From Ginkgo biloba (Eukaryota > Plantae > Ginkgophyta), in contig JANKJI020000001.1 in NCBI GenBank assembly GCA_024626585.2, forward strand, positions 3,542,760 to 3,582,154: DNA of 39,395 nt, given 5' to 3'. The translations under genes were made by a program, and so were the position numbers. Shown here piece by piece: positions 1 to 13,599 of the stretch. Within the stretch, counting starts at the first letter, position 1, and every line of letters starts with the position of its first letter. The notes under the pieces were generated by a model. The model was not told where the DNA came from, searched no databases, and saw nothing but the letters and a program-made list of their open reading frames with translations.

Positions 1-2419
1 ATTTTCAAAATGACTAAGCATCTAGACTATAATGGGGTAAGTCAGGTATATGATGGGAGCCTCCAATTAATGAACTATTCTTGATTGTAATATGAATATA
101 TATTCATGGTGGAGCTTCCCCTCATCATTTTCTACAGTGAATTATTCCCATTCTTGAGCATAATGATCCATATGATCCTCAACAACTTCAATTACCCAAA
201 ACGACCATGTGGCTATAACTTGAAATGAAAAAGTTATTTAGAAAAGAACAAGTTTTTAGAGCCAAGGGATCTTATGGGTGCAATTATGATTCCAACACTT
301 TCATAAGTAGATTATTTTCTTGATTCAGAGAAAATTAGGACCTCCAAAGTATGCATTGGCTTTGGTGATGCTATAACTTATTTTTTAGAGGATGATTGAG
401 ATTTGAATAAACATAGGAACTAGAGGATGGGAGTAAAAAATTTAAAAGCATTAAACTCCTCATATTTTAAGAGTAATGACAATAAGTTCTTGCCACATGT
501 TGAGGCTTCATTAGCTGGTGATTACCATGAGGAGACACCATGCATGATTTGGGGTGCTTCTCAAGATATGTCATTAATGCCCGATGTAAGGTGCCTTGAA
601 TATGCACTAGTCACCCAATGTCTTAGATGTTATAAATCTCCCTTAATAATTTAGGGAGGTGAAATGCCTCCAATGAAAGGGAGACATCTCCCTAGGATAT
701 TATCACTCCCTAGTAGTTGCAGAGGTCCTTGACTAGATCAAAGGAAAATACCTTTCTAATGAGGGTTGTGTTCTAGGAAAATAAGTGACTTCCCACCTTC
801 ATATTTTATCCTTTACTTTGGCGCATGTGGTTTAAATTATTTTTCATAGTGTCATGGGTCCCTCTATACCAGGCATATCCCTAATGGAGTCAAGGAGTGA
901 GAGGAATCCTAGGATGAAATAAGTTCTTTTCTTTAATGAACTATCCCTAATAGAGCCCCTTTGAGGAATAGGCCAAAGGGGTGTCTGATAAGGTGCTAGA
1001 AATTTCATGAATATTGTTGAAAATTTTTATAAATTAGAAGAGCTTAGTGAGTGAAATGGAATGAAGGTGGTGAAAATTGAGTTTGACATAAGATGAAACA
1101 ATTATGTGAAGGAGAGAATGAGAGATATAAGTCATATTCTCCATGCTTTAAGATTGTACATATAAAATAATGGAATGGGTATAATTAGAGAGATTAAAGT
1201 AATAGGAAAGGTTTGATATGAGGAATAGGTTATTGTCAGCATTACACCATAAGGATTAATCCATCCACTACTTTTGACGAGCCTGACTTCATATCTCGAT
1301 TCACCATGAAACCATTGGAAGATCTGAGGGGGGTATCTATAGAGAGGAGTGAAAATGTGACATATATAATTTTTATAAAAACTTCCTCCTCTCAAATGAG
1401 CCAAAACCTCCATCACCTCACTAAGATAAGAGCTCCTAAGACACATGGAGCATGATTTTGGTGAGCACAGTCTTCCATCAATACATTGGGGCCCCTAGGA
1501 CATGCGAGACATGACTCCATCTCATCCAGTATAGAAGATGGAGAATTTAAAACCTTACTCACCTTGGTTCCAACATNNNNNNNNNNNNNNNNNNNNNNNN
1601 NNNNNNNNNNNNNNNNNNNNNNNNNNNNNNNNNNNNNNNNNNNNNNNNNNNNNNNNNNNNNNNNNNNNNNNNNNNNACAAATGAAATGTTAAACCTCAGA
1701 ACCTAGAAAGAGTTGGAAGTGTCTAGAGAGCTTAATAACAACCAAATAGGTGACAATCTACAGCTCAGAAATAAGACCTGGGGGAACCAAAAATAATGCG
1801 ATGTTGTAATTCAGAAAGTCAAATCGTAAGGTAAGAAGGTTTCACAAGATGCAAAGGCATGCCTTTATAAAGTATAAATTAGGAAGTCATCCCTTGGTTA
1901 GGGGCACTCCTTGGGTGATTCAGGAAGCCNNNNNNNNNNTTCACATGGACCAGGGAGAATGGATTTATGTATGATGATAGATGAGTGGTACCTAATGTCG
2001 ATAACATTAACCTTCCCTAGATGTTACTCAAAAATGGCAAGGGAGATGTTTCTTGATGGCTTCATATGGTCCTTGGCCAAAAAGGAACATTCAAGAAACC
2101 TAGGATGATGTTAAATGAAGTCAGGACCAACTCACTCTCATGTCTTAGATAAGAAAGGGTTCCCNNNNNNNNNNNNNNNNNNNNNTAGTCAATAAGGGAG
2201 GAAGTAATCATCCAAGAAAGTAAGGAATTAAAGGAAGAAGTGAACCCCATGGACCTGGGAGCATCATGTAATATGGCATATTGAAGGAGTATGTTGTTCC
2301 TAATCCTAGGTAAAAAAGTCATTTCTAGTGCACTCAAGAGGCTCCAAATGATCTAGAAGTTACCAAGATCCTAAAGTGGCCTATGACTTCAATAACAAAG
2401 AGTTCCAAGATAAGAGGGG

Positions 2420-3094
2420 CAAGTTTCTCCTAGTAGTGTTTCATGTTCCTTATGCGCTAAGGGATGAAGAGACATATAGGAGAGGGAGTGACCCTTGAGG
2501 GACCCACCACATCACTAAGATGAAGTAAAATCATATGCACCAAGGTGGTACCAAGATTCTCCACTCTCCTGGTGTTTTTTCACAATCCTTGTGTGATAGG
2601 AAAAGTTCAAAGGACCAAGAATGCTAGCGCATCCCTTGGAGAGGTACAATGATATTAAGACATAAGCACGTGCACTAAGGGAGAGGTGGAGTCGGTCTTG
2701 ATCAATAAGGAAAATCCAAAGGGCCCAAGAGGCATACACATACCAAGGAATGACATTAGCAACCAGAACTAGAGAGTTGCAAGATAAGGAGGATACACGA
2801 TGACTAAGTGAGGGACCCATGATTCAACTAAGGAATAGATAAATCACGTGCACCAAGGATGGACAAAGATCGAGGAAGGTTACTCCTAGTTATTTTTCAC
2901 AGTCCATGTACATTCAAGAAAGCAAAGGTATCCAGGAGAGTACATACCCCTAAGGGGCCAACAATGCCTTAAACATATGTGAAGAACTTCCTCTAAGGAG
3001 GGATAAGTGACCTGGATGGTGTCGCCTAGTAACATTTCATGTTCCTTGTACATTAAGGGAGAGAAAGATAATTTCTCCTGGTGGTTTTATGCAT
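2420..3094. repeat. Degenerate direct repeats (~320 bp period), probably TE-internal
   Basis: GAGGGACCCA...TGCACCAAGG...TTTTTCACA blocks recur at ~2497-2590 and ~2809-2905. TTTCATGTTCCTT recurs at ~2439 and ~3035. Confidence 0.45.
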
Positions 3095-3239
3095 TNNNNN
3101 NNNNNNNNNNNNNNNNNNNNNNNNNNNNNNNNNNNNNNNNNNNNNNNNNNNNNNNNNNNNNNNNNNNNNNNNNNNNNNNNNNNNNNNNNNNNNNNTCTTT
3201 TCTAAAACTCACAAGTGGTTATCACTAAGCTAGACTTCA

Positions 3240-4996
3240 CAATAAAATATACTTTGTGAAAAATTATCAGCTCCTTTTTAAATCCAAACACTTGACTTCA
3301 TAAAATATTTATGGACTTCTTCTACTATCACAAACAAAACAAAATAATTCACTCATTCTTTAAACCTGGGGATTTATGGAGGTTCATACAATCACAGTCA
3401 CTTTACTAGGGGCAGACTTCATATGGCGATGAATTTTAAAGAAATAGACGTCAAATACAATTCAAAAAAATACTTAAATCCATTTTCTTTAAGATAAAAT
3501 ATTTTTTAATTGTGTTGGATGCTCCTTGTCATTTCCATCTTCCAGCTTCTTCGCTTCTCGTTGCGCTTTGTCGCACCGCAGGTTGTAACTCTCCATCAGA
3601 GGCTCTATATTAGCAATTATGGCACATCTGGTCCTGCACACTCTTAAAACTTGACCTAAACTCATACCACCACCTACAACTCTGTATCTTCTCACCTCCA
3701 TCTTCTCAGAGCATTCTTCTGATCCATGACAATCTCACGGTGTTCTTTTGAGATGCTACGTATTGCTTCCTTGCAACCTTGGTGACTTCACAAACGCTGG
3801 AGAAGAGTCAGAGAACCTCTACTCATCTTGGCCCTTGCAGGATCTGTGCGGTCTATTTGTCGTTTCTCCATCTTTAGTGCTATGGCATCCTCATCTCCGT
3901 CAACTAGTTGTAATGATTGTCTTCATCATTCGTCTTCTCCCATTGGTTTTTTAACTCCCTGCTCTTCCAATTATTCGACTCCTCCTAATTGATCTCTATA
4001 TCCTCATAGCCTAGTGATTCCCTGCCTTCTCTACAATCAATGGTGGCCTCAAGGTTTTACATGGTGTTTTATCTCCCTACAGCTTCACTGCTCATGACAT
4101 TAGGGGTTGTCTCTAATAGTTAAGTTTTCCCATGCGAGTGACTTACTCTAGGTTCATAAAATGGCATTTGCCTCTCATCCAACAATAATCTTTAACAATC
4201 TGAACAAGGCCTCGATAATTCTTTCCCTTCAGCATTCCACATTCTACAGTTGTCACTTCTGGGCATTTTGGGTTCTAGTGATTCTTCTTTCTCACAACTC
4301 ATAATAAAGAGTCGATTATTCTATCATTATGGGATATTCTCCTATTTACAATAGTGGTGTTCTTCTCTCTCCATGGCCAATTCTCTACACTGAGATTTCT
4401 CCCTCATAGATGTTTGCAACTATATACAAATGGATCCTTCTTTGAGCCTGCGACCATATTCTTCATAGCATGCTCTGACATTCAGACGTCCTTCACTAAT
4501 CCTACAACGGCATTATCCTTCAAAATTATTTTCCAACATCTATGAAGCTATCTCCCACACCATCTCCCAGTTTCCCAATGTTTATAACCTTCTCATGACT
4601 TTCATTCAACACAAGAAACATTATTTCTTCCTCACAGTAGTGATTATCTCACGTTCCTTCTATTCACAAGCATTTCACAAAGAAATCTTCATAAAAAATA
4701 AGCTCATTCAAAAATTCTTAAAGTTTTCACAAACACATAGGTTCATCAAAAAATAACTCTCCACTTGCTCTGATACCACTTTGAAGGAATATCAAAGTGC
4801 ATATCAATAACCCATACAAAATCAATACTCCCAAGATCCAACATACATAATAGAGTTGCTACAAGAAATGCTCCTCCAAGAGATAAGCAATAAACACACA
4901 ATGCAAAATAGAGAGAGGAGGGGTGGAGTGCAATGGAGCACTCTCCACACACATTTCGAATTCACTAATGGGGTGAATATACAAAGAGGTGGGAGT
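3240..4996 (-). mobile_element. 5' end of an LTR retrotransposon: end of the 5' LTR (4782 to the gap), PBS and degenerate leader/gag region
   Basis: Anchored by the PBS and the LTR-terminal CA. The internal region has no intact ORF, and the left boundary is a guess. Confidence 0.55.
4767..4778 (-). mobile_element. LTR retrotransposon primer-binding site (tRNA-iMet)
   Basis: The minus strand reads ...TTCCTTCA AAG TGGTATCAGAGC: a canonical tRNA-iMet PBS 3 nt after a CA LTR terminus (TG at 4782-4783 on +). Confidence 0.9.
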
Positions 4997-5096
4997 NNNN
5001 NNNNNNNNNNNNNNNNNNNNNNNNNNNNNNNNNNNNNNNNNNNNNNNNNNNNNNNNNNNNNNNNNNNNNNNNNNNNNNNNNNNNNNNNNNNNNNNN

Positions 5097-6178
5097 CCGC
5101 ATTTAATGATCAAGAGTCATTGTACGCATGACTTCTCACCTACTTCACCCATTGAATGCAAATCGGGTATTGGAGCCCTAGTTGTTGAGTACATCAAAGC
5201 TCAAGAATAAAATGGAGCACGCCAGAGGAGAATGGGTTGAAAAAGATTGAAGGGGGGTGGAAAGAAGAGCGAAGTGTGAGCAGGACATTCTACATAGGAA
5301 TACTTAATTGAGTTACGTTTGGGATTGAGAAAGCAGAAGTCGCGAACAAAATTGTGGGAGCCATTCACCGACAGAATCAAGGCGTTTTTGGTATGGGATT
5401 TGAGTTGTGGAGAGAGCTTCGAGAGCCATCCAACAGTGGGAAATTACTGATGGGCACTGAAATTGAACCCTGGACCAGATACGCCAAGGGTTTGGAGTGT
5501 GGAGATTGTGAGCAGAGCTGTGGGAGTCGCTTGATGGTGGAGACCAAGTGTTGAGCAATGAATTTGAGCATTTCCTTGGTGGAATCGGTGCTTGGACAAC
5601 AGATTGGAACCCTAGCCGAACTTGCCAGTGGACTAGAAGTGGATGTGCCACGAATAGGGGTTGTGGGAGCCATCTGAAGGTGGAGACAAAGTTATAGGCA
5701 ATGGTTTTGAACCTTTGACCGAGTTGGTGTAGCAAATTAAATTGCCCTAATGTGAGTAGTGAGCGGTGATGTGGGAATCAACTGTTGAAGCCAAAAATAG
5801 CGAATGTGCATGTGAGCACACCTCGAGGCATTGAGGAGTCTGTCGGAGCCAGGATTTAAAGCTAGCAAGCAAAACTTCGAGTGAGGTAGCTCGTGGAGTT
5901 GTGGGGCAATGGCCCATTCTGTGAACTCATCAAAAATTATGTGTAATCACCGTCGTTAGCGAGGGCTAGCAACAGAGGCTTGAACATGTGATGTAATAAT
6001 TAAATTTCTAAATAGACCTAGAGTTTTATTCCCTGTGAGGGTTTCTCTAGTTGAAAAATGATGTGTCGTTGTGATATTTTCATTACGTGTGACTGCTTTA
6101 TTTTTTGTGCTATTTGAAAATATATGCAAGTGTTTGTGTGTTTAAGACATGTGGGTGTCGACAATAATGTCACCAACA
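5097..6178 (+). mobile_element. LTR-like sequence (3' part of an LTR)
   Basis: Contains the plant LTR R/U5-type motif TTTATTCCCTGTGAGGGTTTCTCTAG...TGTGTCG (~6025-6070) and a candidate terminus ...CACCAACA at ~6178. TGAGGGTTTCTCTAG recurs inverted at ~23233-23247. Confidence 0.5.
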
Positions 6179-6619
6179 TACTCTGTTTGAGTGTTTGTTG
6201 ACGTCATCGGCGAGGGCATATTTGTTGAAGGATCCTGGAGGCAGAGCGACAATGACTTTGTATGAAGAGAAATCGTCGACATCAACATTAGCATTAAGCA
6301 CCGACAAGCATCGATCAAAAATTTTNNNNNNNNNNNNNNNNNNNNNNNNNNNNNNNNNNNNNNNNNNNNNNNNNNNNNNNNNNNNNNNNNNNNNNNNNNN
6401 NNNNNNNNNNNNNNNNNNNNNNNNNTGGAGATCAAGGATGTGCCCCTTACTAGAGGGCCTCATAAGCACATTTCCTTGTACAGGACTTGCATGAGATCTA
6501 GTATTCCCAGCCAAGAAGCATGAATAGGCCAATTAATATCTACTCAAGCCTAAGTCCAATTTGAATCTCCTCCATTAGCTTGAGTGGCAACTGAGTTCAT
6601 AATACAATAATGTCTACTT

Positions 6620-6790
6620 CTTACTGAGAAAATCAATCATGAGGATCANNNNNNNNNNGCATATGAGGTGGATTTGCTCGACGAGAATGATATTTCACCC
6701 ATATTCAATGTAGTCGACATGTATAAGTATCCAGGCAGCGAGGAAGAATTAGAAGAAACCAAGGAGATCACGCTAGAAACTCAAATTGAA
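6620..6790 (+). mobile_element. Ty3/gypsy pol C-terminal (post-integrase SH3-like) fragment
   Basis: Translates as AYEVDLLDENDISPIFNVVDMYKYP, matching the gypsy NAYxLxLP..ISPIFNVxDLxxY motif. Confidence 0.7.
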
Positions 6791-8449
6791 ATCGACATCA
6801 CCAAGAAGATTTCCATTCTATTATGGATTAGATGGCAGAGATCAGGGCATCCTTGGCCCATAATTGAATGCCAATTGTCCCTCCATTCATGAGTGGCTGA
6901 GACGTTGTTTCTGGGAGTCACAAAAATCCCAAGGACTTCAAGAAAGACACGAAAGCTTTCCTCCAATGGTTTATAAATAATATACTCAAGATGTTTGACT
7001 TAAACAACATTGCATTTCATGACACAATCGCATATGGTGACAAATCGCTCTCTAACTTAAAGGACCACTTGAAGAGAATCAACCTCACTAAATTGATCAT
7101 GAAGATGTTGGCTAAGCTCATTAGGAACAATAGTTAACATTCAGAGGAGCTTATGGAAGCCAAGAAAGATCCATTAATCAAGGAGGATTATGAACTTGAG
7201 AACATTCTTCTAGCTAGATGGATTCTAAATCTGGGCCATTTGGCACAAGGCAAACACTAAGGGCAAGGATCGAGCATGCCAAGAGGAAGAGGAGGTAAAC
7301 AAAGACTTTTAGGAATCCCTGGCGGAAGACATAGAAGTAGAAGAGGAGATGAGCATATAGAATGTTCTTTCCGATGGATCTTTTTGTAACTACATATTGC
7401 ATTACTAGTGTGGCTAAATAGTCAACTCTTCTAAAACAGGCATCTTGCCACCTCTTGTGTGATTTTGTCGGACGCATTGCCTCTCNNNNNNNNNNNNNNN
7501 NNNNNNNNNNNNNNNNNNNNNNNNNNNNNNNNNNNNNNNNNNNNNNNNNNNNNNNNNNNNNNNNNNNNNNNNNNNNNNNNNNNNNNNNNNNNNNNNNNNN
7601 NNNNNNNNNNNNNNNNNNNNNNNNNNNNNNNNNNNNNNNNNNNNNNNNNNNNNNNNNNNNNNNNNNNNNNNNNNNNNNNNNNNNNNNNNNNNNNNNNNNN
7701 NNNNNNNNNNNNNNNNNNNNNNNNNNNNNNNNNNNNNNNNNNNNNNNNNNNNNNNNNNNNNNNNNNNNNNNNNNNNNNNNNNNNNNNNNNNNNNNNNNNN
7801 NNNNNNNNNNNNNNNNNNNNNNNNNNNNNNNNNNNNNNNNNNNNNNNNNNNNNNNNNNNNNNNNNNNNNNNNNNNNNNNNNNNNNNNNNNNNNNNNNNNN
7901 NNNNNNNNNNNNNNNNNNNNNNNNNNNNNNNNNNNNNNNNNNNNNNNNNNNNNNNNNNNNNNNNNNNNNNNNNNNNNNNNNNNNNNNNNNNNNNNNNNNN
8001 NNNNNNNNNNNNNNNNNNNNNNNNNNNNNNNNNNNNNNNNNNNNNNNNNNNNNNNNNNNNNNNNNNNNNNNNNNNNNNNNNNNNNNNNNNNNNNNNNNNN
8101 NNNNNNNNNNNNNNNNNNNNNNNNNNNNNNNNNNNNNNNNNNNNNNNNNNNNNNNNNNNNNNNNNNNNNNNNNNNNNNNNNNNNNNNNNNNNNNNNNNNN
8201 NNNNNNNNNNNNNNNNNNNNNATTAATGTTACAATGAATAAACATAAAAGGTACAATGAAATAACATTAATTATTCTAATTGGTATCTCTCTACAACCAA
8301 TTGTAGGAGATCTATAGAGCTATGCCAAAGGCTTCTAAATATTCTACCTCATGCTCTATACAAGAGGACTAAGGCTTCAAGCAATACCTGCCAAGTTAAT
8401 TATTCTTTGTCTGCTTTAGCCATTTGCTTTGAATATTCTTATTGTTAAG

Positions 8450-8745
8450 CAATGATGTTGGAATTTGACAACAATGGGAAAAGCGTATGCCGAGCACCAA
8501 TTTGATCAGAGATGTTGGAGGAGCATGCCAATGGTGGGAACAAGCACAATCACCCTAATAATCCCTCCTCAAGGTTGTTTTCACCAGAAGAGAATATTGG
8601 TAAAGAAGACAATGTGCCCTCCATGCAGCAGATGAAAGCATGGCAGCCCTCAAAACGTAGCAGACGGTGGTTTGAGAATTTCTCATTATATACTGGAACA
8701 GAAATTCCTGAAGATGAAGACGATGTGCTTTCCTTTCCAATGTGA
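8450..8745 (+). other. Possible terminal coding exon of an unidentified gene (probably degenerate)
   Basis: A weak acceptor (ttgttaag at 8449) precedes a frame reading MMLEFDNNGKSVCRAPI*SEMLEEH...KRSRRWFENFSLYTGTEIPEDEDDVLSFPM*, with one internal TGA at 8503. The composition is protein-like but no family was recognised. Confidence 0.25.
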
Positions 8746-10130
8746 GGATGATTAGTTTTGGATGTCTTTTACTGCTGTGCCTTGCCTATTTTATAATCAT
8801 TATATGCTTATATGATTATATAGATTGTCACCTTTAATAGTAGATACAGGACACATTTCTACTGGCCAACTGTAATTTCAATGGTTGTGTCTTAACCAAC
8901 CTCTCCCACAAGGATACTTGGCCTCAGATTTCAGTCCTCTGAAATCTTTTCGTAAATAAACATTCATATCAACATGCTACTTACACATATCTTCAATAAA
9001 ACAAGAAAGAATCAAAGCTGATTTATTAAAATTGTAGCTCTTTCAAATCAAGTGCATCTGGATTTCTTCCTAGATGAAGCGAAGGTGGAATGGGATAAGC
9101 AAACAACAGAGTCATGTGGGACATGAATTTCAGCTTCTCCCAGAAACCACATGCATTGGGTAATTCATCCCTCTCTATCCCAAATAACNNNNNNNNNNGA
9201 TCAGGTAAATGAACCCCTAACAAAATAACAAACAGAATTTAGTCTGTCTCAAAGAGAATCTGATGTTGATGTAGGGCTCCAAGTGCCTTGTTGCCTATCT
9301 AATCTGACCTTCCTTGCACTTAATGCCTACTCAGATGTTGAGTATCTTTCAGTAGTGCATGTCATTCAACGAAGTGGTCCAAGTTCTCCCATATGTTATT
9401 ACACCCTTGTTTTGCTAGTTTCCTGTGGCTAGCCTTTTACATTCTTGCATTACCTTTGCATTGGTTGTACATGTAGGTAATCTGTGCATTCTTTCACAAG
9501 TGAAAGTTTCTCCTTCCATTTGATGTTTGTGTTATATTATCTTTCATCTCATTCCAGAGTGAGGGAAGGTCTGACCAACATCCAATTGACCTAAACATTC
9601 TCACTGAAATGGTTGATTTAGTGCGGTGCTTTTGGCATCATGTTACATGAGTTTCTGTGGAAATGAAAGCCTTGAATGTGCCTTGCTTGTTCAACACTGA
9701 GTGCACTGTTGGTAACTACATTGTTAGTGACAAGAAAATAGTAATTTTAAATGTATGGATGTTGCAGATAAATCAAGAGGTAAGTGACAGCAGACATCAA
9801 ACATGCCTTGGTTTCCAGAGTTTGCAATTCCAGCATTTTGTGAAACAGTACAACTCGTACCTTTTTCATCATTATGTTTTTGAGTTAAAAATGCTTCTGC
9901 AAGTTCAAACATATTAGCAAGTTACTGACTTTTTGCAGACCACTTTATTTTGAATGAAGTACTGTTTCAATTGATGTTAAGCGTTTGCATAGATTAAACA
10001 TTTAAGTATATTACGTTCAGGTCAATAGGTTATCTTGAATCTGGCAATGGGCGTTGTAACAGAGTTTTGTTGCTGTTATGATCCCAACTGATTATGTATT
10101 TTGATTTGCAATGTGCATTTTTCCTTGCAG

Positions 10131-10669
10131 CGCAGGAGTATAATAGAAAGAGAACAGTTGCCAAGGTCATCGTGGCTGCAAGTGCTAGAACCATCCAATG
10201 CAGAATTTATTGCAGCTTTAGCAGCTGGGAATAATTCTCATCATATTCTGCAGATTGGTTGTGGGCTTTCAACTATTGCTTTAGCAGCTGCTGCACGGGC
10301 TACAGGCTCCTGTCTGCTGTCAATACACACTGACAAAGATCAACAGGAAATTGTTAACAGTCATGTGAAGTATCTTGGTTTGGTAGAATACGTAAAGTTT
10401 ATCACAGATGAACCAAGTAATGTGGTACCTCAGCAAGATAGGGTTGATTTTGCCTTTATTTCAGGAAATCCAGAATGTTACATTGACTTATTTGACCTAC
10501 TGAGGCTGAAACATGGAGCCATTGTTGTAGCAAACAATGCACTTGATGAGGCAATAAATGAGTATATAAAGCATGTATGCAGACAATTGGGAATACATTC
10601 TTCTACCTTGACACTGGGCTGAGGTATTTAAGTTACAAAAATCACGTCCTGGGATAAATTCAAATTAGC
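10131..10669 (+). pseudogene. DUF1442-family (SAM-dependent methyltransferase-like fold) exon with two premature stops
   Basis: Acceptor ttttccttgcag at 10130 (phase 0). Reads LEPSNAEFIAALAAGNN...STIALAAAARATG...VDFAFI...GAIVVANNA, all DUF1442 hallmarks. The C-terminal motif reads TLG*GI*VTKI (family consensus approx. LPIGxGLEVTxI), with TGA at 10620 and TAA at 10629. Donor gc|GTATGT at 10670 (phase 2). The first exon was not found. Confidence 0.85.
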
Positions 10670-11124
10670 GTATGTTAATCATGCACACCAATTTTCACTT
10701 TTCGATAAACCCCAGTTTATTTGATGCTTCTGTAATGATTATGGTTCATTCAATCATAATATGTTCATGAAAGTATGTGGGGGCTTGCTTGCATAACATT
10801 AATTTGCACACTACTTTAATTTTACAGCAATGCACCCAAAATCATCTGCACACAGCCTACTGCATCAGCTGCTACAGAGCTTACACTTGAACTCTTTGAA
10901 TGATGCATTGACATACCTGGAAATGTGTAGGCTTGCCATTTTTAAGGTGGTGATAATCCAATTTGTTGGAGAATATGATCAATTCTGTTTTTGACTCGTC
11001 CATATGGTCAGATATAGTTTAGCCAAAGATTTGTAACTGCATCTTGCGTGCATTACCAGCAAAGGATGTTTTCAGTTGATTCAAGCTTACCTGGTTGGTC
11101 ATTCTGCCAATTAGAAGTTTAGAA

Positions 11125-11711
11125 AAATAGAAATAGAAATATATATTAATGTCCACTAGTGACCAAAAAGCAGTCAATGGGACTGAGAGTACAAACATAT
11201 GATACGACTCCAAGGGATTTCTGCTAACAACTCCAAGTCTAAATCTAAGAAACTATGAAATACAGTAGAGTAAAATAAAGCAAAGTGGTACATAGGATAC
11301 ATCCAAAAGTGGTGCTAGGGTTATTCCCTTCAAGTCTATAAAATGTCACCAAGGTCTGCATTGTGCTACTAGCACCACATGGGCTTATATGAGATAGGTC
11401 TACAAGTCATCCACAACTGTGTAGTCTCCCAAAGTCTATCAAATGATCTCATTGGCAGTCTGGTCATGAATGTGTCTAAATGGGGTTTGTCTCCATGGGT
11501 TGGGAAGGTTGACTGCTGTCTGCCTCACTCGAGGCAGTGTCTCTCCTACCATCTAAGGCTACTGCATCTGTGTCTCTTCCAAAGAAGTTGGTGATAGGTC
11601 TCTCTCTCTTGGGTTTGGGTCTTGGAGTCTTATAAGTGCTCCTCCTGATGTACCTAGTGGAGTGTCTTTTGGTGCTCTATAAGGGAGGATGGTAAGTAAT
11701 CCTGGTTTCCA
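11125..11711 (-). mobile_element. Dispersed repeat, probable 3' end of a LINE-like element (copy 1)
   Basis: TATATTAATGTCCACTAGTGACCAAAAAGCAGTCAATGGGACTGA closely matches ~25475-25520. Both copies are preceded on + by an A-rich short tandem repeat. Confidence 0.45.
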
Positions 11712-11811
11712 NNNNNNNNNNNNNNNNNNNNNNNNNNNNNNNNNNNNNNNNNNNNNNNNNNNNNNNNNNNNNNNNNNNNNNNNNNNNNNNNNNNNNNNNN
11801 NNNNNNNNNNN

Positions 11812-11970
11812 AAAAATTCTTCCTCAACGCCTTCTTAAACTCATTATAAAAAGTAATAGGCAACTATCAGTCCTATTCTCTGATCTTACAAAAAGACTCC
11901 CATAAAATTCATGATTTTAGGCCCATCCTCAACCTAAAAAATATTACTCTTTATTCACCTGTATAAGCTT
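11812..11970 (+). mobile_element. Degenerate LINE (L1-type) RT N-terminal fragment
   Basis: Reads SLILQKDSHKIHDFRPILNL, resembling the LIPK...DFRPISL motif. Confidence 0.4.
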
Positions 11971-13599
11971 AACAAGAAAAATATACCTCCAAATCTTTGA
12001 TCCAAGTCTCCAAAGACTCAACATCCATCCTTCAAACATCTTGATGTCAACCTTAGACTCTACTCAAAATGGATTATGTACCATAGGTTCTTTTGTTGAT
12101 GAAGAACCTATAAAATGAGGAATGTTATTTTACGAAGGGAATTGAACATTTAATAGAGGAGGAGGAATGGGTTATTGCCCCAAAGAGGAGACTGTTGTCA
12201 TAGATGCACTCAATGTAGATAGAGATTAATTAATCCTCCTAATATATGTTGAATCTCCTTCTAATCTTTCCTCATCTTCCTCATTTCCTTATCATATCCA
12301 AACATGAGTTATGGGTACCCTATTCATACCCCTCATTTTCACTTATCTCATCCTCCTATTCTTTTTAATTAGTAATGATTTTAAAATAACCTCTTGGAGA
12401 TTTTTCCCTCTCTCCTCTACCTTCCATTGTCCTTACATATTAACTTATAGTCCTTGATGCATTTCAAGTGGATACCATATAAAAAAATAAGAAAATTTAG
12501 AAAATGGATAAAAATGGTAAAAGGGAATCCCTCAATAAGTTCATAACTACCATGGCTAAGTTATTTTAACTAAACACGTATACTTATTGCAAGAAATCCA
12601 TATTACAAATTCAAGCCATCTAATACACCAATAAAAAAACTAGCCTTTCATTTGAGGAAATTCATCTTACTAAAGCAAGCCATCTAACACACTAATAAAT
12701 AATCTATTAATATAACTACAAGTAATATAACTTACTATGAGCAAGCTAGCCAACACACCAATAAGAGGAAGAAGTGAAAGTCTTAATAACAAAGTCATAA
12801 CCTACTTTTATATCAAATAATGTACCCTCTTAGTAATTAGAGGATTGATCAAAGTATGTGGAAGGTTAGGTCAAAATCCAAGGGGATAATCTATTACGCA
12901 CTCTTTGTATTCTAGGATACACTAGAAAACTCAACTATCTACCAAACTATATAGTTAAAATAGCTATTTGTATGGTGATATTCCTAATACCATGTTATCA
13001 CATATAGTTGGAATGAATATTGTGTTAATGCATGCTCCTAGGGAATGCACTTACGTGGCACCATATTTATGTAATGTAAAAATATGGTATGGTGCATAAA
13101 AATGTGGTTCCCTCTACAACATGGCCTAAACTATGAACAATGATTCTTGAACACATATTCCTTCTATACTTAGCCACAAAATGACCCATACTTATCTTGA
13201 AAACCTATCAAATCACCTAAAAAATATCCTACATTATATTTTATACATTCATGGAGATTCGATTACCAATATCTATCACAATCATTAAAATATTATAAGA
13301 TAAATCAAAGAAAGAACCATTCACAACATATTGGAAAAATAAGAAGCTCTCTTTATTTCCAAAGTATATAAATACAATCAAGAATAGAAAGTATAAAGAA
13401 GTGCATGAGAATACACCCAATGCTCTNNNNNNNNNNNNNNNNNACAAATAGTAGATCCCTTGAAAATATTCCATATAATATTTATTGGATATGTGTTGTA
13501 TAATTTTCTTATTTTATAACAATATAGATGTTACACCCCTATAGACTATACATCCCACCATAATATGAGGGTTTGGAAAGAATAATGTCTCAAAGTCTC

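Noticed and set aside
1-2400. Possible very old LINE ORF remnants on the minus strand
   Set aside because: No diagnostic motif could be read with confidence.
5313-5735. Overlapping ORFs of 66-140 aa in a GC-richer patch
   Set aside because: No recognisable domain. They lie within LTR-like sequence.
7214-8256. Long ORFs of 255-343 aa in the ORF track (also 31147-31849 and many shorter X-containing ORFs)
   Set aside because: They are artefacts of translating through N gaps.
10101-10622. A standalone 173 aa CDS
   Set aside because: The TTG start lies in intron sequence before a strong acceptor, and the stop interrupts the conserved DUF1442 C-terminal motif.
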